34,885 nt of DNA from an uncultured Nitrososphaerota archaeon (GTDB lineage Archaea > Korarchaeota > Korarchaeia > Korarchaeales > Korarchaeaceae). Every line of letters begins with the position of its first letter. Positions within the stretch are counted from its first letter, which is position 1. Below the pieces are notes generated by a model. The model did not search any database, was not told the origin of the DNA, and worked only from the letters and a program-made list of their open reading frames with translations. The translations under genes were made by a program, and so were the position numbers. Positions 9,394-18,047 of this stretch are shown here, piece after piece. Location: positions 1 to 34,885 of the forward strand of contig CAZUBM010000021.1 in the NCBI GenBank assembly GCA_964618805.1, read 5' to 3'.

Positions 9394-9726
9394 CTAGTCC
9401 TTAGCAATTTCTTTTACCATAGCATCTCCAATAGATTTGATGTTTTCCCAGGCTTTTTCTAAATTCTCTTTGGAGACCTCTCTCTCCTTACATTTTTCAT
9501 AGATCTCTAAGAACTTGATGAAACTCTTCAGGATTTCATGCCTTTGTATTCTCAATGTCTTTGAGCCCACATCTATTTCCTTGATTAAAGCACCTCCCAC
9601 CGAAACACGGTCTCCAAGGACGTCCATTAGAACTAGTTCTCCGTTTTGATACGTTGTTCTCACAACATCCTCAGCAACCTGATTTTCTACTCCATCTTCA
9701 TGCAGAATCACAGTAAACTCACACAT
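9394..9726 (-). CDS. cooT: CooT-family nickel chaperone with C-terminal extension
   Basis: Met-Cys-Glu start, VAEDV, LVLMDVLG, IKEID pattern typical of CooT; located in a Ni-CODH/ACS cluster. Confidence 0.75.
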   Translation of the reverse strand: MCEFTVILHEDGVENQVAEDVVRTTYQNGELVLMDVLGDRVSVGGALIKEIDVGSKTLRIQRHEILKSFIKFLEIYEKCKEREVSKENLEKAWENIKSIGDAMVKEIAKD

Positions 9727-9756
9727 CTAGTCCTAATTGTTAGAGGAATTAATAAA

Positions 9757-9773
9757 CCTTCTTAACAAGAAGG
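9757..9773. promoter_or_regulatory. Perfect inverted repeat CCTTCTT-AAC-AAGAAGG adjoining the putative cooT TATA box
   Basis: 7-bp arms read directly; minus-strand TTTATTAA lies next to it at 9749-9756, ~25 nt upstream of the cooT ATG. Confidence 0.35.
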
Positions 9774-9883
9774 AGCTATAATAAGGAAGTTCTGAAGTCT
9801 AGTCTCGCCAATTCCTTTAGATTATAAAGCTCTTTTTTCATGAAAAATCTTAAATTATTCAATAAAGGCGAAAACAGAGGGAA

Positions 9884-10198
9884 ATGGAGAAGCTTAAGTC
9901 TCTGGATCCGGAACTAAAACGGTTTTTGGTAAATCTAGGTTCAGAACAGAGATCATCTCTAAAGTGGGACTTGCTCGATTATCTTCTTACCTTAAAACCT
10001 AAGGCTTGTGCAGGAGTTCCAATTGAGAGCGTGAAACTAATGCTGTTGTACTGGAAGTATGATATCTTGGAAAGCGATGAGGGGCTGGGAACCCTAATCC
10101 ATATATGCAAAGCACTAGACCCCGGCAAGACAGCAGAAATCTTGGCTAAGAACGATCTAAAAGAACTTGCCGAACGTATTAGAGCAGAAAGTAGGTGA
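9884..10198 (+). CDS. Hypothetical 104-aa protein, co-transcribed with mer
   Basis: GAGGG-AA-ATG start, upstream GAAAAATCTTAAAT BRE/TATA-like element, protein-like composition, stop abuts mer. No family recognised. Confidence 0.7.
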   Translation: MEKLKSLDPELKRFLVNLGSEQRSSLKWDLLDYLLTLKPKACAGVPIESVKLMLLYWKYDILESDEGLGTLIHICKALDPGKTAEILAKNDLKELAERIRAESR

Positions 10199-10203
10199 TG
10201 ATC

Positions 10204-11202
10204 ATGGTCAGATTTGGTGTTGAGTTTATCCCGCAGGAGCCTTTCTGGAGAACAGTCTTTTATGTAGCTCAAGCCGAGAAGGGCGGATTCGATAATACCT
10301 GGATAACTGATCATTTCATGAATAGGAATCCTTACACAACCATGGCTGCGATAGCGCTTCACACGGAGAAAATAACAATGGGAGTCGGTGTAACGAACCC
10401 TTACTTGGTCAATCCTGTTGTTACAGCACAAAATATAGCTTCACTAAGTGAGATGGCTCCAAACAGGGTAATACTAGGCATAGGAGCTGGGGACAAGACT
10501 ACTCTCGGTTTGCTTGGAGTTGAGACCACTCTTCCCGTAAGAGCAGTAAGAGAATGCGTAGAGATAACAAGAACCCTCCTTTCAGGGGATAAGGTCAAGA
10601 ATTATGAGGGAAAAATCTTTAAGATCCAAAAGGCCAAGCTTGCTTTCAAGCCAGCTGGTAAGATACCTATATACATAGGCGCTCAAGGGCCAATGATGCT
10701 TAGACTTGCAGCTAAGATCGGAGATGGCGTTTTGATCAATGCTTCTCATCCAGACGACGTCAAGGAGGCCATGATTCACTTGAGAAAGGGTGCAGAAAAA
10801 GCAGGAAGAGATCTCAGCAACTTTGATATCGTAGTTTACACCTCGTTCTCAACCCATAAGGATAGAGAGAAGGCTAAGAAGGCCGCTCTTCCAGTAGTTG
10901 CCTTCATCGTTGCAGGATGTCCTCCACCCATACTGGAGAAGCATGGAATATCGCTAGAGAAAGCGACACAGCTGAAAAAAGCTCTGAGTGAGGGCAAATG
11001 GGATGAAGCATTTTCTAGCATAACGGATGAGATGATGGAGGCCTTCTCAATATGTGGAACTCCTGAAGACTGCTTAGAGAAAATAGAAAAAATGTTCAAG
11101 CTTGGAGTAACCCAGTTCGTTATGGGATCTCCCATTGGTCCAAAGGTTCACAAAGCGATAGATACGATAAGCAGGGAAATAATACCAAGATTCAAGAAAT
11201 AA
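10204..11202 (+). CDS. mer: F420-dependent methylene-H4MPT reductase
   Basis: RFGVEFIP, WITDHFMNRN, GVGVTNPY, LGIGAGDK, IPIYIGAQGPMML, DGVLINASHP, VVAFIVAG, QFVMGSPIGP. ORF opens at 10195; ATG 10204 follows a GGTGA SD. Confidence 0.95.
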   Translation: MVRFGVEFIPQEPFWRTVFYVAQAEKGGFDNTWITDHFMNRNPYTTMAAIALHTEKITMGVGVTNPYLVNPVVTAQNIASLSEMAPNRVILGIGAGDKTTLGLLGVETTLPVRAVRECVEITRTLLSGDKVKNYEGKIFKIQKAKLAFKPAGKIPIYIGAQGPMMLRLAAKIGDGVLINASHPDDVKEAMIHLRKGAEKAGRDLSNFDIVVYTSFSTHKDREKAKKAALPVVAFIVAGCPPPILEKHGISLEKATQLKKALSEGKWDEAFSSITDEMMEAFSICGTPEDCLEKIEKMFKLGVTQFVMGSPIGPKVHKAIDTISREIIPRFKK

Positions 11203-11310
11203 CTATATCTTAGCCCGGACTACATAGGATAGATGCTACTAACTCTTAGGTAGACAATAATTACTAACAGCTATGGAAGAAGGGTGATTTGTCTCCGCTA
11301 AGCCATTGAA

Positions 11311-12300
11311 TTAAGACTTTTTAAGTGGGAGTTCCTTCATTAATCTCTTTTTCTTCATGGAAACAAACTTTAGGACAAAAGATTTGGAATCATCGCTCAG
11401 CTCCTTTACATCTAAAAGACCAGATGTAATTGCTCTATCTACAAGGTCCTTAGCCTCTTGAGATCTAATTATAATTGTTGACCAACCCTCCTCAGAACCT
11501 ATACTTCCCACCGAAATGTCTGCTGACTCTGCAGCGAAGTCTCCACAAAACAAACATGATTTTCTAGCATATTCTTTCGTTTCTTTGATTCGAATGCTGC
11601 GAACATCCCCATTTCTAAGTTTAACGGAGAACTTACCGTGTTTTATTTCAGATCTAATGATAGAAGAAGGATTTACGCCCATCTTTTTCTTTAGCATATC
11701 GCAGAACATAGTATACGGATAGCTTTCTGTGCAGAACAATCCAATAACTAATTTAATGGGTTTTGCATACCTTGGTGTCCTTTTTCTCATGAATTGGATA
11801 GCTCTCACTTGGCAGGGAACCCCTACGACTGCTATAGACTGATACTTGTCAGCTAAACCTCTTAGGGAAGAAAGGCTCGGACATGAAGCGTATTTTGATC
11901 CAGCTGATGCAATTAAATCTTGTTCAGTTAAGGCAATGAGAGGCTTCGGTTTCAGAGGCTCCTTTTCGCTTAGCTGGCATACTACCGCAGCCTCTATAAT
12001 TCCCTCATTGAGGGCTTGAATTAGCAGAGTAGTAACAACTCCGCCATCTTGAGCGACCTTTGCTACTTCTTCTAAGAGAGTTCTTCCAGTGTAAGAAGCT
12101 AAAACAGGGATTTCTTCAACTTCTCTATTAATTACAGGACATACAAGAGTGCAGAGTTTACACTCAATGCATTTCTCTGGATCGAAAACCGGCTCATCGC
12201 TATCTATGGTAACTGCCTCCTTAGGGCACACAGCCACACATGCACCACAAAAGGCACAAAGACCTGACTCTATGATCGTGCTTACCGATTTGAGTTCCAT
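11311..12300 (-). CDS. FrhB-family F420 oxidoreductase with N-terminal 2x[4Fe-4S] domain (FpoF/FqoF-like)
   Basis: CAFCGACVAVCP and CIECKLCTLVCP, then AQDGGVVT, SAGSKY, VGVPCQ, IGLFCTE, CLFCGDF..ADISVGSIG. ORF opens at 12321; ATG at 12300 lies ~25 nt after a CTTAAATT TATA-like box. Confidence 0.85.
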   Translation of the reverse strand: MELKSVSTIIESGLCAFCGACVAVCPKEAVTIDSDEPVFDPEKCIECKLCTLVCPVINREVEEIPVLASYTGRTLLEEVAKVAQDGGVVTTLLIQALNEGIIEAAVVCQLSEKEPLKPKPLIALTEQDLIASAGSKYASCPSLSSLRGLADKYQSIAVVGVPCQVRAIQFMRKRTPRYAKPIKLVIGLFCTESYPYTMFCDMLKKKMGVNPSSIIRSEIKHGKFSVKLRNGDVRSIRIKETKEYARKSCLFCGDFAAESADISVGSIGSEEGWSTIIIRSQEAKDLVDRAITSGLLDVKELSDDSKSFVLKFVSMKKKRLMKELPLKKS

Positions 12301-12334
12301 CAGAGCAAAGGCTTGAAGCACAACAATTTAAGAG

Positions 12335-12390
12335 TTCCTCTGGTCAGAGGAAGTCAGTGACCTTTCCATAATCTCCTTAAGGAAGGAGAT
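12335..12390. promoter_or_regulatory. Two perfect 8-bp inverted repeats upstream of the FpoF-like gene
   Basis: TTCCTCTG-GT-CAGAGGAA (12335-12352) and ATCTCCTT-AAGG-AAGGAGAT (12371-12390). Confidence 0.35.
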
Positions 12391-12429
12391 ATCTCTTTTT
12401 CAATAGTTTCCTTATGGGAGAAGTAAAAT

Positions 12430-13198
12430 TTAATTCAATAAGCCTATATTTCTTGCAATTTTTCAGCAGCTTTTAAGGCCGCTGAATCGCTTGGAAGTTC
12501 AAGCAGGGGTTTACCTTCCATGTTGAACTTGATAACGTTTGGATCTGAGGGTATGAATCCAGCAAATCCCATGCCCGTGTTCTTAGCTTTTTCTTCAAGT
12601 AGGCCAACAAGCTCTTCTGGAAATCTATTCCCTACGAGATATATCCTACCAACATTTATGTGTACCTCATGAGTGAGTTCCTTTATCCTTTCTGCTGTCT
12701 TAAACCCCATTGCTGAAGGATCTGTTACGATTAGCATAATATCTACATCTCTATCGGTTCTCATGCTTAGATGCTCGAGTCCAGCTTCCATATCCATTAT
12801 GGTTATGTCATAATTCTTAGTGATGGCGTCAAGTATCCTTGTGAGAACGCTATTCACGTAGCAATAGCACCCTTCACCCTCGCTCCTTCCATAACCAGGA
12901 GGTCAAAGTCTGGAAGCTCTACAAGAGTTTCATAAATCCATACCTCCAACAAGTCTGCCTTAGATACTCCAATTGGAAGTTCCCCTCTTTCTATCTTCTT
13001 TTTAAGTTCATCTGCTACAACTCCAACGCTTTTCTCAACCCTAACCCCTAGGACTTCTTGAAGGTTTGAGGCCGGATCTGCATCAACCATCAGAATGGAA
13101 TCATTTCTTCCATTATCCAATAAAGTTCTGAGTAGCATAGCTGCTAAAGTAGTCTTACCAGTTCCTCCCTTACCTGAAATAGAAACAACTAAACCCAT
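12430..13198 (-). pseudogene. cooC: CooC/AcsF nickel-insertion ATPase broken by single-base frameshifts (probably sequencing errors)
   Basis: SGKGGTGKTT, VDADPASNL, DMEAGLEHLS. Adding one G to ATG-GA-AGG (12889-12890) restores LLVMGRSEGEGCYCYVNSVL with the CxC motif. Adding one A at 12459-12463 gives a more typical end (KIARNIGLLN) and a 256-aa protein. Confidence 0.85.
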
Positions 13199-13309
13199 TT
13201 TAAAGTCCCTAGGCATCCTATAAGCTGTTCAATATTCCTAATTGATTTGGACCTTGAAGAGGGCTATAAACTCTACTGAATGACTGTAACCATCTTCTGG
13301 CATCGGAAA

Positions 13310-15196
13310 TCAACTTCTCTTAATTTTTCTGCTGGCTTCCCACCAAGTTGGGAAGAGATCCTTTTTCCCAGGAAGGAAGTAGGCAGCAGTATACTCGTCC
13401 ATGAAATCTGGATCCTTGAGGAGATCGAAATATGTTGTAAGTCTAGCTATCTCCTTTGCTTCGTATCTGTATTTCACTGAAACAAGGGTGAGATAGGCTC
13501 CAGCTACAGACCCATTTCCTAAATAAGTTATCCTAGCATTAGGAAGTTCTGGTATTAAACCTATGGCAATTGCACTGTTTAGATCCAGATAGTTTCCAAA
13601 TGCTCCGCAGATAAACACCTGCTCTATGTCGTAGACGCTTAATCTCATCTTCTTTAATAAGACTCCGATAGCAGAACATGCTGCCGCTTTGGAGTCGATT
13701 AAGTTTGCTATGTCCTTCTCGGTAATCACAATGTCCTTGCCTATCGCAGTCTTTTCGGCTGGAACAACTACGTATTCATAGCCATCTATTCCTTGTCTTA
13801 TATATGGCGTTTTTAGCTCCGTGTTTATCTTTCCGAGACCGTCAACCATTCCATTACGGAACATCTCTGAGAGTAAATCAATTAATCCGGAGCCACATAT
13901 CCCTTTGGGCTTTACATCCCCTATTACTCTATATTCTGCTTTCAGAGTTACAGGATCTATCTTAACGTGGTCTATTGCTCCTTCAATCGCTCTCGTTCCA
14001 AATCTAATCCCCCAACCCTCAAAGGCAGGACCAGCTGCAGCGGTTGTTGTGACAAACCACGATTCGCAGCCTAAAACAGCTTCTACATTCGTTCCAATAT
14101 CTACAAGCAATGAAATTTTAGGAGATTTATGCATACCAGATACAAGGATGTCTCCTATAGCATCTCCTCCAAAGAACCTACTAACGCAGGGAAGGCAATA
14201 AACCTTTGCTGATTCATGAACCTCAAGTCCAATGTCCTTTGCTTTTAGAAACAGGGGATCACTAGGTATCTTGGCTCCTGGATCCAAGAGAGGAGATGCA
14301 TCCTTTCCGGCAAAAAGATATGTCATGACCGTATTTCCTGCAACACAAATGTCTACTATCTCCTCCCTTTTGACTTGATGTTTTGAAGTTAGTTTAGAGA
14401 TAAGCTCGTTTATCGTATCAACAGCAGCTTTTTGAATCTTCTTTGTGCCATCTTCCTTCTCCATAGTATAGCCTATTCTTGACACAACATCTTCGCCGTA
14501 CATCAGCTGCTTGTTATAACCTGATTCATATCCAAGGATCTCTCCAGTGGTGAGATCGACTAGATAGGCGACTATTTTCGTAGTTCCTACATCAACAGCT
14601 AATCCAAAGAGCCTATCTGTTGTATTCCCCTCTTCTAATCCTAATACTTCTACCTTTCCTCCATATCTCCTGATAATTAACGTAGCTCCTTCTGGGCAAC
14701 ATTTGGGCATAGCCTTAAGTTTCTCCTGCACATGATTCGGAAATTTTTCGACTCCTACGAAATGCAATATTTTCTCCAACTGATTTCCAGCTCTTTCAGT
14801 TAGCTGAGTTGGTTTCACAAAGACTTTCCTTACAACTGGTTCTGGAATAACTTTTGGGATTTTTGCTTCCATCTGAATTTTTTGACCTTCTAGTCTTGTT
14901 TCTGGAGGGACAAACGCCTCACAATCCGACATTGGATATGTCAGACAAGCTAGGACATAGCCTTCTCTTAGTTCTTCATCTGTCAGTAATTTCTCCTTTG
15001 GATCGTAATTAAATTGGACATCGCCTTTCTGTATGATAATTTTACACTTCCCACAGCTACCCTTGCCACCGCATACACTTCTAAGAGTTATTCCGGCTGA
15101 TCTAGCAGCTTCTAATAAGTTAGTATTCTTGCTTGCGATTACCCTTCTTCCATATGGCTGAAAGACTATGGTGAATTCTCCAGTCATTAGGTCCAC
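13310..15196 (-). CDS. RACo/AcsV-type reductive activator of the corrinoid Fe-S protein (2Fe-2S plus ASKHA ATPase, DUF4445)
   Basis: CGGKGSCGKC...LAC ferredoxin, VDVGTTKI, YGEDVVSRI, AGNTVM, VDIGTN, AAGPAFEG, GICGSG, GAFGNYL, GNGSVAGA. Confidence 0.9.
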   Translation of the reverse strand: MDLMTGEFTIVFQPYGRRVIASKNTNLLEAARSAGITLRSVCGGKGSCGKCKIIIQKGDVQFNYDPKEKLLTDEELREGYVLACLTYPMSDCEAFVPPETRLEGQKIQMEAKIPKVIPEPVVRKVFVKPTQLTERAGNQLEKILHFVGVEKFPNHVQEKLKAMPKCCPEGATLIIRRYGGKVEVLGLEEGNTTDRLFGLAVDVGTTKIVAYLVDLTTGEILGYESGYNKQLMYGEDVVSRIGYTMEKEDGTKKIQKAAVDTINELISKLTSKHQVKREEIVDICVAGNTVMTYLFAGKDASPLLDPGAKIPSDPLFLKAKDIGLEVHESAKVYCLPCVSRFFGGDAIGDILVSGMHKSPKISLLVDIGTNVEAVLGCESWFVTTTAAAGPAFEGWGIRFGTRAIEGAIDHVKIDPVTLKAEYRVIGDVKPKGICGSGLIDLLSEMFRNGMVDGLGKINTELKTPYIRQGIDGYEYVVVPAEKTAIGKDIVITEKDIANLIDSKAAACSAIGVLLKKMRLSVYDIEQVFICGAFGNYLDLNSAIAIGLIPELPNARITYLGNGSVAGAYLTLVSVKYRYEAKEIARLTTYFDLLKDPDFMDEYTAAYFLPGKKDLFPTWWEASRKIKRS

Positions 15197-15417
15197 CTAA
15201 AAGGAGTAGTTATAGGCCATTGTACAGGAGCGATGAAATCTACTTGAATTTAAACTTAGCTAAGCGTGCTAAACTAACTTTTATATTTTCTTAAAGAATA
15301 ATTTAATTCCGCCTTTTGTTCTGTAAAAGAGGAAAGAAAGAACGAATTTTGAAAGAAATAACAATAGTTATATTTGAAATTAGCTGTAATCATCTCTTAG
15401 TTTAGGGATAGTAGGAC

Positions 15418-16830
15418 TCAGGATCCCTCTGTTTTCTTCCATTTCTCGTCTAAGAACTTAGGAATCCCTGAAGAGTCGATGGGGCCAACTAGAACTTCCC
15501 ACCCAGTAACATCCTCAATTTCTCCCGATAGCCTCGATGCAAGTCCTGGTATAATTAGTTTTCTATGCTTCACAAATTTTTCCACGCCAAATTCCTTTAG
15601 GGCATCTGCAACTGTTTCAGCAGTTAATTTTCTGCCAGCTACAGCGCTTTGGACAGAGATACCTTCTGTATCAACGACTAATAGATAGCAATCTATCTTA
15701 GCTGCCTCTATGTCGGACAAAACTGTATAATATGTCAAGGCGAAATTCGTTGTCATCATTACAGGAGAATTTTCATCGGGCTGTCCTATTGTTCTAAGAC
15801 CTGGTTCTACAGAGACAGGCTTTCTTGGATCCGTGTAAATGTTCTGTCTAAGGATAAGCAGAGGAAGGATGTTCCATCCTGCTAGGCTGTGCATCATTAT
15901 TAGATCAGCATACCTCATAATGAGCGCGGCTGCTGTTATTGCTTCCCACCAAGTCTTTGTTTCCTCATCTCCTTCCGTATAGAACCAGCTCGATATAGCT
16001 GAGCCTATGAGGGGATATCCTACTAGTTCATCCTCCTCTTTGCATCCTTTCCACCTTAGCATGGTGAAATTGTTAACGGTCATGTGCAAGAGATCTCCTG
16101 GAAATGAGCCAGGATCCAAGGCAAGATCCTCAATACCGAACTTCCTAAGAGTTGTTGCCAGTGAAACTAGAAGGTCGAGATCTCCTGGTGCATATACAGC
16201 AAGAGGACATCCGTACTTAAGGGCTAGGTTTCCCATATCAGCCCAGTTATCTTTGGTAGCAGCATAAATTAAGGGTCTCTCACCCTCGAGCTCTTCAAGT
16301 CCAGCTTCCATTACTTTTGGATCAAGTGAACAAAGGATTAGGGGGAAATTGGTGTTCTCTTTGACTTTCCTTACTGCCTTCCTGAAAGTCTCTGGATCCT
16401 TGCTAACTGACCTTACAGCTATGAGATCAAGATGTATGTTCCTTCCAATGTAGTAATAGACAAGACTTTCAATTTTCTTCAATCTATCCACTAGAAGAGC
16501 TTCATCCATAGTGTCAGTAACGTCTATTGCTATGGGAGGTGGATTGACATATGTTAGTTCATGCCTGAACATTACATACTCTCCACCTATCTTAACCGCT
16601 CTATCCTCGGGTCCAATCTTGACCTCTCTTATTGGAGGTTTGAGCATTTCCCAAAGTTTCTTGTAATTCTCTTTGTATTCGTCAGTGAGTAGAGGAGGAC
16701 ATTGATTGAGGAAGGCCTCCCTATTCACTAATTTCACTGCAAAGGCCATGCAAGTAGACTCGCCACATTCTCCACAGTTGGTCCTAGGTAGATACTTGTA
16801 AACCTCGGTTGGACTTATTGAGGTTGCCAT
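15418..16830 (-). CDS. cdhE: ACDS gamma subunit (corrinoid Fe-S protein large subunit)
   Basis: YKYLPRTNCGECGESTCMAFA..CP, LRQNIYTDPRKPVSVEPG, TTNFALTYYTV, VLVGPIDSSGIPKF. Confidence 0.95.
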   Translation of the reverse strand: MATSISPTEVYKYLPRTNCGECGESTCMAFAVKLVNREAFLNQCPPLLTDEYKENYKKLWEMLKPPIREVKIGPEDRAVKIGGEYVMFRHELTYVNPPPIAIDVTDTMDEALLVDRLKKIESLVYYYIGRNIHLDLIAVRSVSKDPETFRKAVRKVKENTNFPLILCSLDPKVMEAGLEELEGERPLIYAATKDNWADMGNLALKYGCPLAVYAPGDLDLLVSLATTLRKFGIEDLALDPGSFPGDLLHMTVNNFTMLRWKGCKEEDELVGYPLIGSAISSWFYTEGDEETKTWWEAITAAALIMRYADLIMMHSLAGWNILPLLILRQNIYTDPRKPVSVEPGLRTIGQPDENSPVMMTTNFALTYYTVLSDIEAAKIDCYLLVVDTEGISVQSAVAGRKLTAETVADALKEFGVEKFVKHRKLIIPGLASRLSGEIEDVTGWEVLVGPIDSSGIPKFLDEKWKKTEGS

Positions 16831-16832
16831 TT

Positions 16833-18047
16833 CTAGACCTCCCTCTCAATCCATTCATAAGGATCGGCAGGAAGTTCTTTTCTTCCACGAATGAGTCCAT
16901 TTATCACATTTCTTGTTAGTTCAACAGCAATAGGATGTATCATCATAAAATAGTCTACGCCAGCAAAAAGCAAAGTAAGAGCTGTAAAGGCTTCCCATAT
17001 GGGTCCTCTTAGAGACTTTGGACCCCATTCTGGAGGCAGCTTTGTCCAAGCTTCTCTAGCTGCCCAGGCATTTGAGGCAGCCGCTACCATAGGGTGCTGA
17101 AGCTCTTCATCTCCCATGAGAGCAGCTAAGCGGGCTCTTTCCATTATTGTAAAGGCATAATCTATACCATAACCTACGGCAGCTGAAGTTGTATCCATCA
17201 TTATGTTCTCCTTGCCTAGATAATCATAGAGCTTCCTATTTAGCTCTCTTGCTTGATTGAGATCCATCGAGGTAAAGGCTATGATTGCATGACCGTATCT
17301 CTTGGTAAGTTCTCCCATTTTAGGGACATCCATATCCAATGTTACATCGTTTATGAGTATTCTCTCCCCTTGTGCAACTTCTGCCACTTTTTCGAAGACT
17401 TTCTGGTCCTTTGCTGGGTCTCCCGAACCTCCAACGCATATTGGTACCTTAACAGCCTGAAGAACCTCTTCTACCATTTTGGCAGCCTGTTCTGGGGACG
17501 TATCCTTTATCAAGGGGTCAGTGCTGACCAAATGGAAGTTAATCATATCTGCCTTGTACTTCTCAACGTTAAGCCTAGCCCACTCGGCTGGATCACTCAT
17601 CACATCCCCGTAGTACTTCTTTATTGCCTTTGGAAGGCTTATCTCCATATCAAATACATCCATAGCTACAATTGGAGGATGGGGTGGTGTTTCCATAAAG
17701 AGATGAAAAGCTGGCGCCGATTCGCCTCCTATAACTATGGTTCTGTCCCTTGTCCCACCCTCGCTTGGAGTAGCTCCTATCTTAACCTCTACAACTTTTC
17801 CTACCCACTCCTCCTTTGGTGGTTCAAATTTACTCTTTATAAGCTCTTTTGGTTTTTCAAGCACAGGTACAGCCTCTTTTCCAATAAGAGCACTGGGTTG
17901 AATTGATAAAACTAGTTTTTCAGCCATTATCTGGACATCTTGAAGCTCTATTTCAACTTCTCCAAGCTGACTTAGAGCTTTTGCCAATTCCTTACCTATC
18001 AGATCTGCTAACAAATCGTCGATCTTACGATTTTTCTCCTTTCCCAT
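16833..18047 (-). CDS. cdhD: ACDS delta subunit (corrinoid Fe-S protein small subunit)
   Basis: IGATPSEGGTR, DPAEWA, HLVSTDP, VGGSGDP.KD, GYGIDY, ERARLAALMGD..LQ.P, NAWAAREAW. Confidence 0.95.
   Translation of the reverse strand: MGKEKNRKIDDLLADLIGKELAKALSQLGEVEIELQDVQIMAEKLVLSIQPSALIGKEAVPVLEKPKELIKSKFEPPKEEWVGKVVEVKIGATPSEGGTRDRTIVIGGESAPAFHLFMETPPHPPIVAMDVFDMEISLPKAIKKYYGDVMSDPAEWARLNVEKYKADMINFHLVSTDPLIKDTSPEQAAKMVEEVLQAVKVPICVGGSGDPAKDQKVFEKVAEVAQGERILINDVTLDMDVPKMGELTKRYGHAIIAFTSMDLNQARELNRKLYDYLGKENIMMDTTSAAVGYGIDYAFTIMERARLAALMGDEELQHPMVAAASNAWAAREAWTKLPPEWGPKSLRGPIWEAFTALTLLFAGVDYFMMIHPIAVELTRNVINGLIRGRKELPADPYEWIEREV

Noticed and set aside
9979-10431. 150-aa minus-strand ORF
   Set aside because: Overlaps mer and the upstream hypothetical gene on the opposite strand; no recognisable features.
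12860-12895. Programmed ribosomal frameshift in cooC
   Set aside because: No slippery heptamer at the break; a one-base loss from GGG explains it and matches the other homopolymer losses.
17253-17906. 217-aa plus-strand ORF
   Set aside because: Antisense to cdhD; implausible Cys/Trp/His/Tyr-rich composition.
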